A DNA stretch of 59,370 bases from a virus (Duplodnaviria; Caudoviricetes). The stretch covers positions 1-59,370 of the IMG/VR virus record IMGVR_UViG_3300025872_000062. One strand, given 5' to 3'. Position numbers and translations under genes: made by a program. The notes under the pieces are model-generated. The model was not told the DNA's origin. It did not search any database and saw only the letters and a program-made list of their open reading frames with translations. Below, one piece after another: positions 54,181 through 59,370 of this stretch; the stretch's first letter is position 1, and every line of letters begins with the position of its first letter.

Positions 54181-55062
54181 ATGGCAAGGGATGGAAAACT
54201 TGTTTTCCGATTTGTCCAGACTGCTGCTGGTAACAACCAGTTGGCTATTGTCAATTACGGCAATAGCTCGACTGCCAGCACGGGGGCATTTATCGGTTCT
54301 GTAACTGCGGCGTCTACTGCGTCCCAATGGGTTCGCGGAACCAGTAACTCCCTTAACCGATCTGGTTTTCGCAATACGAGTGCTGATCAATCGATTATTG
54401 TCTCCGGTGAAACGTCGGCAATTACGAGTGATCCTGCAATTGCTGGCGATACGTCCTATGCGTATGAATACGTTCGTATTCGTTACGCTCCTGTTGGGCC
54501 GTTGAATACTACGAACAATACGTTTGAATTGTATTTGGAAGCGGCTTCTGACAGTGGTACTGGCACTGCTGGTTCCGACTGGACGATTGCTGGATCGGCT
54601 GTGCCGATTAGTCCAATTGCCTCGTATGCCACCACGGTTTCGACTGCTGCTGGTGTTGTGGCAGGAGTTGTCAATACGGCTACTGCCCACGGCCTGGCTG
54701 CTGGGCAAGTGCTGTTTGCACAAGCTGCTGGTACTGGTTACGGCGCGAGTGAACCTTTGTTTGTTATTACTCAGCCGAGCAACGCTACCTTCAGCAGCCC
54801 GAGCACGCAGTTTGGGCTTACCAAGGTGCCTGGAAGCAATGCCGTCGACACGTCGTTGTCCTCTGCTGCTTCTGCGCAAACGTTTGACCGCTCTGGGGCA
54901 TCGCGAATCATCACGTTGCCCTTGATGATGACTACCAAGCCTTGGGTCCGCATTGCTTATCGGGTTCTTCCGTCCAGCACTGCAACCAATGCTCGGTACT
55001 CTGGAGTCTGGTTGGACAACTGCTTCCTCACTCGCGGTCGAGACAACTCGGCTACCTTCTAA
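54181..55062 (+). CDS. Putative capsid decoration / cement protein 1 (293 aa)
   Basis: Directly after the capsid gene; strong AAGGAG RBS; paralogous to the next gene. Confidence 0.6.
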   Translation: MARDGKLVFRFVQTAAGNNQLAIVNYGNSSTASTGAFIGSVTAASTASQWVRGTSNSLNRSGFRNTSADQSIIVSGETSAITSDPAIAGDTSYAYEYVRIRYAPVGPLNTTNNTFELYLEAASDSGTGTAGSDWTIAGSAVPISPIASYATTVSTAAGVVAGVVNTATAHGLAAGQVLFAQAAGTGYGASEPLFVITQPSNATFSSPSTQFGLTKVPGSNAVDTSLSSAASAQTFDRSGASRIITLPLMMTTKPWVRIAYRVLPSSTATNARYSGVWLDNCFLTRGRDNSATF

Positions 55063-55115
55063 TAGGTGACAGGGGCAAGGTGTAATGCATCTTGCCCCTG
55101 CAAGGAAAATACAAA

Positions 55116-56432
55116 ATGGCGCGAGATAATGAACTGAGGCTGACGTTTTCCGATGTTAGCGCAACGACAAACGTTGCCGGCGTTGATCGAGATGTTACGT
55201 CCTCTCCGTATCGAGGTGGCCTTGTCACCTTGGTTACCACTGCTAATCAGTGGGCAGTCGGTTATTCCGATGCTCTTAACTTTACTCATTGGCGAAATCA
55301 AGTTGCTGATATTAGCAACTTGACTACCAGTACTCCCACTACAGCGATTGCGGGAGATCCTATTCTTTCTAACGGAACTGCACTTTCTGAATATTATATT
55401 CGGACTGCGGTTGCTCCGGTTGGATTGATGGGTCCGTCTGATGTTCAGATTATTGCCCAGGCGGCAAATGATACTGGAGCTGGAACTGCTGGAACTGCTT
55501 TTGCAGCTATTTCCAATCCTGTGAACATTCCAGCAAATGCCAGTGCAATTACCGCTAACTTCAGTCTTGCTAGCCCGACTGTTGTTACTCCGACTGCTGG
55601 TAGTGTTCCTGCATCTGGAAGCATTGTCATTTTCACCGCACTTGGTGGTGGCGTTGGTCCTGTTGTGCGTATTCCATATATTGTCCTGCAACAGTCGGCT
55701 ACGACGTTTACGATGGTATCCACTCTTGGTGGAACTACGGGAATTAACGCAAGTACCGGTGGAACTAGTGCTACCCTTCTTGCAGGAAACAATGCTACTG
55801 GGATTACCCCAACTAGTGTTGCTAGCGACAGGATTGTCTTTACTGAAACGCTTGCAGTCGGAGATACAATTATCTTTGGTAATGTTGGTAGCATTGTAGG
55901 AATTACTGCTGGAACGCTTTACTATGTGGTTGCAGTTACTTCAACTGGAGTTCAAATTGCAACCTCTTCCGGTGGCTCGGCAATTACTGGCCTTGGAACT
56001 ACGCTCGGCACTCCGTTTGCTGGGAAGGTCAACATTGCAAATACTGCTGCAACGTTTGTTTCCAGCGTTGCGAGCAATGTGATTACCACTACTGCTCCCC
56101 ACGGCTTGTCCGTTGGACAGATGGTTGTTGCCACTACTACTGCGGGTTCCCTTGCTGCTGGTCAGGGTTACTATGTGAATACGGTGCCTTCTGCAACTAC
56201 ATTCACTGTTTCCGCTACGGTTGGTGGATCTACTGCAACGGTAACTGCAACTCCTGGGAATCTGTTTGTTGGACGTCCTCCGCGTTTGGTTATGACGCAA
56301 GTTGGGATGACTACTCGTCCTTGGCTGCGTGTTGCTGTTCAGCAGCTCAACAGTTCTGCTGTTCAGGATGGCTATGTGATGTTCTATAATGCGGACATCT
56401 CTGTTGGCCGTGATGGATCGATGGCAGGCTAA
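55116..56432 (+). CDS. Putative capsid decoration / cement protein 2 (438 aa)
   Basis: Shares MARD, AIAGD, EY.IR..PVG, TT.PW.R and GRD with 54181-55062; carries three inserted beta modules. Confidence 0.6.
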   Translation: MARDNELRLTFSDVSATTNVAGVDRDVTSSPYRGGLVTLVTTANQWAVGYSDALNFTHWRNQVADISNLTTSTPTTAIAGDPILSNGTALSEYYIRTAVAPVGLMGPSDVQIIAQAANDTGAGTAGTAFAAISNPVNIPANASAITANFSLASPTVVTPTAGSVPASGSIVIFTALGGGVGPVVRIPYIVLQQSATTFTMVSTLGGTTGINASTGGTSATLLAGNNATGITPTSVASDRIVFTETLAVGDTIIFGNVGSIVGITAGTLYYVVAVTSTGVQIATSSGGSAITGLGTTLGTPFAGKVNIANTAATFVSSVASNVITTTAPHGLSVGQMVVATTTAGSLAAGQGYYVNTVPSATTFTVSATVGGSTATVTATPGNLFVGRPPRLVMTQVGMTTRPWLRVAVQQLNSSAVQDGYVMFYNADISVGRDGSMAG

Positions 56433-57082
56433 TGACAAGGGCGCAACTCAAACAACGAATTAGGGTTCTTGGTTCAAACCTATTCAATACAGGTGCGGAC
56501 CAAGACCCATTCGGGCTTGACTTGCTCCTTATCGAACAGGCCAACCAAATAGCCCGTCAAACGGACTGCTTGGTTGGCCGTCGATATCTAGATCTTGTAG
56601 CTGGAGAAGACGAATACTGCTCTCCAGATATTTATAAGATTCGTGGCATCTTCTATTTGGATGGAACCGACTACACTCGTTTGAGGCAGGTCACCTTTTC
56701 ATCCAAACAGTTTGATGATAATCGCAACGATACAACAGCTTCAACTCCCGATGTCTGCGCTGTCTACGGAATGAACCGTATTCGTCTTAAGCCAGCTCCT
56801 AGTGAAGCAGTTACAAGCGGATTGATGATTGAAGGGTATTGCCAGCCTGGAAATATATGGCAATACAATTCCAGTGGAACTATAGATACTGGCGTTCCTA
56901 CAGAAGACCATGAGTGCCCGTTGCCAGACGTAGCGCAAGATTGCCTTGTGTATGCAGTGCTACATGCCCGTTCTGTGCAATTGCGTGATCAGGCTGGGAT
57001 TGCACTCTACATGCAGGAATACCGACAGCGACTTGGTGATGTCGAGGCTTTTGCTGCGATTTACCATACAAGGATGGCATAA
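56432..57082 (+). CDS. Putative head-tail adaptor (216 aa)
   Basis: MTRAQLKQRIR...IRLKPAP...LPDVAQDCLVYAV pattern of podovirus adaptors. Confidence 0.65.
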   Translation: MTRAQLKQRIRVLGSNLFNTGADQDPFGLDLLLIEQANQIARQTDCLVGRRYLDLVAGEDEYCSPDIYKIRGIFYLDGTDYTRLRQVTFSSKQFDDNRNDTTASTPDVCAVYGMNRIRLKPAPSEAVTSGLMIEGYCQPGNIWQYNSSGTIDTGVPTEDHECPLPDVAQDCLVYAVLHARSVQLRDQAGIALYMQEYRQRLGDVEAFAAIYHTRMA

Positions 57083-57790
57083 ATGGCTACGCTTGCTGAA
57101 CTGGAGAACGATACACTCATCCTCCTAAACGAAGCAACTGGCAGCGTCCTTGGCGATCTACCCAATGGTACTGGTGGCACTACAATTGCCACGCTGACCA
57201 CCATTGATCAGTACCTGAACGAAGCACAGTACGAGATGGCGCGTTCTTGCGTCTACATTCCCGGCACACAGACGTTCACGGGATTCACTGGAACTGACCT
57301 TACTCTGACTTCAGTGTGGCATCCAATGTCGGTAGCCATTGCTGGATCGGCATTGCAACATACCAGTGATGCAAGGCTTCGTGCATGGCAACCAAACTTT
57401 GAAGTCTTTACCGGTACATTCACCCTTCCGAATGGTGGAACAACAACCGATCCTTACTACTGGTATAGGAAAGACCCGTTGGTTGTACGGGTATTCCCTT
57501 CTGCCACAAACAAAACCATTGTCGTAAACGGAGTTTCTATTCCTACGGCAATTACAACGTCCTGCACCTTCGCACCAGACGATGTGCTGCGTAATACGCT
57601 CCCCGTATACGCCGCAATGAAACTGGCTATGAAGAATCTGGACGATCCTAGCCTCGCACCGCGAATTCAGCTTTGGCGCGAATGGTGGTTCGATTCGTGC
57701 ATGAGGCTATGGAATAATCTTGACTCGTCGTTGAAGATGGAAGGTAGCCCTTACCAGCAACCACCAGTGGCTCCTCCCGCTGCTAAGTGA
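57083..57790 (+). CDS. Putative second adaptor / tail tubular protein (235 aa)
   Basis: MATLAEL...IDQYLNEAQYE...VRVFP...LPVYAAMKL; same pattern as the previous gene. Confidence 0.6.
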   Translation: MATLAELENDTLILLNEATGSVLGDLPNGTGGTTIATLTTIDQYLNEAQYEMARSCVYIPGTQTFTGFTGTDLTLTSVWHPMSVAIAGSALQHTSDARLRAWQPNFEVFTGTFTLPNGGTTTDPYYWYRKDPLVVRVFPSATNKTIVVNGVSIPTAITTSCTFAPDDVLRNTLPVYAAMKLAMKNLDDPSLAPRIQLWREWWFDSCMRLWNNLDSSLKMEGSPYQQPPVAPPAAK

Positions 57791-57798
57791 GGTTACTG

Positions 57799-58026
57799 AT
57801 GCATATTGATTCTGGTTGGGCTGCTGTATTTATGATGGCCCTTATCGCCATCATTGGCGGCATAGGCAAGTTGATCCACATGATGTATCGCATGGAGAGC
57901 GAACTCGGTGGTACTTCCGCTGTCATCAAGGACCATAGCCGACGTCTCGAGATCGTCGAGAAGGAAATCAATTCTCTCCTGGCAGTCGTGACTAGGCTCT
58001 ATGCGGATGTTGGAAAAAAACCGTGA
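57799..58026 (+). CDS. Small membrane + coiled-coil protein (holin-like) (75 aa)
   Basis: One hydrophobic segment then DHSRRLEIVE; GAGGT RBS. Confidence 0.55.
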   Translation: MHIDSGWAAVFMMALIAIIGGIGKLIHMMYRMESELGGTSAVIKDHSRRLEIVEKEINSLLAVVTRLYADVGKKP

Positions 58027-58121
58027 AGCAACTCATCTCCAATGTCGTCTGGGCCATATGCGTAGTAGGGTGTATCTTCACCGCATATACATTCATCATG
58101 GCCTTCCTTCAGTGGGAATAG
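58023..58121 (+). CDS. 32-aa hydrophobic peptide (absent from the ORF track)
   Basis: MKQLISNVVWAICVVGCIFTAYTFIMAFLQWE; GTGA overlap; fills the gap between genes. Confidence 0.45.
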   Translation: MKQLISNVVWAICVVGCIFTAYTFIMAFLQWE

Positions 58122-58128
58122 ACTATCC

Positions 58129-58392
58129 ATGAAGAACATATCCATCAAAAGGCTAATCACGGTTATCGTGGCAACTATTATTGCTGTCTCTGCTCCTGCC
58201 ATGCAGAGTGCCTTCGCAAAGCCTGTGCCAGAAACCGCAGGTGTGGAGGAACTCACAGTGCGGTTCAAGCTTGGCATCATGATGGCTATGAATAATCTAA
58301 TCCCGGCATTGATCGGAACGCTGATGGCGTTTTTTACACGCGCAGATAAGAACGAGCCTGTGTTTGCGCTATCCCAGAAGGCTGGCGAATAA
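58129..58392 (+). CDS. Putative holin (two hydrophobic segments) (87 aa)
   Basis: LITVIVATIIAVSA and LIPALIGTLMAFF. Confidence 0.5.
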   Translation: MKNISIKRLITVIVATIIAVSAPAMQSAFAKPVPETAGVEELTVRFKLGIMMAMNNLIPALIGTLMAFFTRADKNEPVFALSQKAGE

Positions 58393-58656
58393 ATGGCGTC
58401 CTCGATTACGCTTGTGCAACGGATTGATGCTCCAGACGGTAGCATCACGTTCAAATTCAGCGACAAAAGCGGTATCGGTTTCCAAAGCGAGGCTGATCTG
58501 ATTAGTTATCAGGCCAATGCGGAATCGAATGTCGTGTCAATTGACGATTTGAAGCGGTACTTGATCTGCTGGTCTGGCCGCAATGGCCGGAAGGTAAACA
58601 AGACGGCGACGTACGACATCACGAACAACGCCGGAAACATCGTCAGGATACAGTAA
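58393..58656 (+). CDS. Hypothetical protein (87 aa)
   Basis: Abuts both neighbours; its last 49 nt are repeated at positions 1-49. Confidence 0.7.
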   Translation: MASSITLVQRIDAPDGSITFKFSDKSGIGFQSEADLISYQANAESNVVSIDDLKRYLICWSGRNGRKVNKTATYDITNNAGNIVRIQ

Positions 58657-59370
58657 ATGGCCACGGTATATTTCGACCCGCCATACGACCCGATGACGCA
58701 AGGACCTACTCAATTGTCGTCGATTGAAGACGCAACAACGGACCTTGTCGGATTTGCATTCCAAGCCGAGGAAGACGCCGCAGTCGTCTCGGTTTTGTTC
58801 TACATCGTGACAAAGACCGGAACGCCGGGAACGGTACGCGCTGGGTTCCAAGGAGTCAATGCCGCGACCGGACTCAACGACGGCGTATGGCAATCGTATG
58901 TGGACGTTGCCGGAACGTCCATAACGGCAGGCGGGTACAACACATTCACGCTTTCGACGACTCAAAATGTCACACGCGGGCAATTGTACTGCATCGTAAT
59001 ACAGCCGATAAGCGGAACGTGGAATGCGACGAATAGCATCGCCGTCTGGTACGGACGTGGCAACTCATACCCGTGGTCTGGCTTGCCGTACGCATTTACA
59101 AACACGGCTGGAACAACGGCTAAGATAACAACCAACCAACATTTGTTCTGGGGATATAGGTCGGCAACGAAATCGTATGGAACTCCAATGTTCTATATCG
59201 GTAGCGGCCTTAGAAACGTCAATACGAATCCAAACGAATATGCAAACCGGTTTACGCTGCCGTCTACACGTGGCAAGCAATTCACACTGCTGGGGATCAA
59301 TGCCAACTTGCTACTCGATGCTGGAGGTACGTTTTCGCTAAACCTCTATGATTCCAACTCAAACCTAATT
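58608..59370 (+). repeat. Terminal direct repeat, copy B
   Basis: See 1-763; first 117 nt and last 127 nt identical to copy A. Confidence 0.97.
58657..59370 (+). CDS. Allelic copy of 50-1108, truncated by the window end
   Basis: Same frame, open to the end; 7 amino-acid differences from copy A by hand count. Confidence 0.85.
   Translation, partial: MATVYFDPPYDPMTQGPTQLSSIEDATTDLVGFAFQAEEDAAVVSVLFYIVTKTGTPGTVRAGFQGVNAATGLNDGVWQSYVDVAGTSITAGGYNTFTLSTTQNVTRGQLYCIVIQPISGTWNATNSIAVWYGRGNSYPWSGLPYAFTNTAGTTAKITTNQHLFWGYRSATKSYGTPMFYIGSGLRNVNTNPNEYANRFTLPSTRGKQFTLLGINANLLLDAGGTFSLNLYDSNSNLI

Larger units (their letters stand above)
1..59370. mobile_element. Tailed dsDNA bacteriophage genome (Caudoviricetes, probably podovirus-like), apparently complete and circularly permuted
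   Basis: Full packaging and head module, tail/ejection module, replication-recombination module and lysis genes; the two ends overlap by 763 bp; no host housekeeping genes flank it. Confidence 0.95.

Noticed and set aside
53086-54879. Long antisense ORFs over the capsid and decoration genes
   Set aside because: Expected mirror frames of strongly codon-biased genes; no RBS or recognisable motifs.
1-59370. Alternative genetic code
   Set aside because: Genes tile densely under the standard code and all three stop codons terminate clear genes.

Overview
The window looks like one essentially complete, circularly permuted dsDNA tailed-phage genome of about 58.6 kb. Its ends overlap by 763 bp (1-763 = 58608-59370, about 94% identical). 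The morphology is probably podovirus-like: TerS, TerL, portal, scaffold, major capsid, two decoration-like paralogues, two adaptor-like proteins, a nozzle/stabilisation-like protein and three ejection-type proteins. The last of these is a 4486-aa polyvalent protein with ParB-like and HExxH domains. The minus-strand arm (25.0-36.9 kb) carries a lambda-O-like initiator with iterons, a loader-like protein, an LmbU-like regulator, a Gam-like protein, an SSAP and a VRR-NUC nuclease. It ends in a very GC-rich array of small genes (RadC/JAB, two hyper-acidic micropeptides) separated by repeated hairpin+RBS elements. The 37.4-44.3 kb block encodes DNA-modification and nucleotide genes: PAPS-reductase-like, a C5 methyltransferase with a nested alternative-frame ORF, a Mom/XF1762-like GNAT, thyX, dut and ssb, plus a CHAP endolysin. 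I saw no integrase, DNA polymerase, tRNA or CRISPR array. Four signals stand out. (1) A terminator-capped element at about 24.98 kb whose 14-nt seed is antisense to the extended RBS shared by many early genes, a candidate trans-acting shut-off sRNA. (2) The repeat-punctuated early gene cassette array. (3) A second iteron pair about 16.5 kb from the initiator gene. (4) A second stand-alone sRNA candidate at 41.2 kb. All family assignments come from motif recognition by eye, not database searches, and counts were made by hand.
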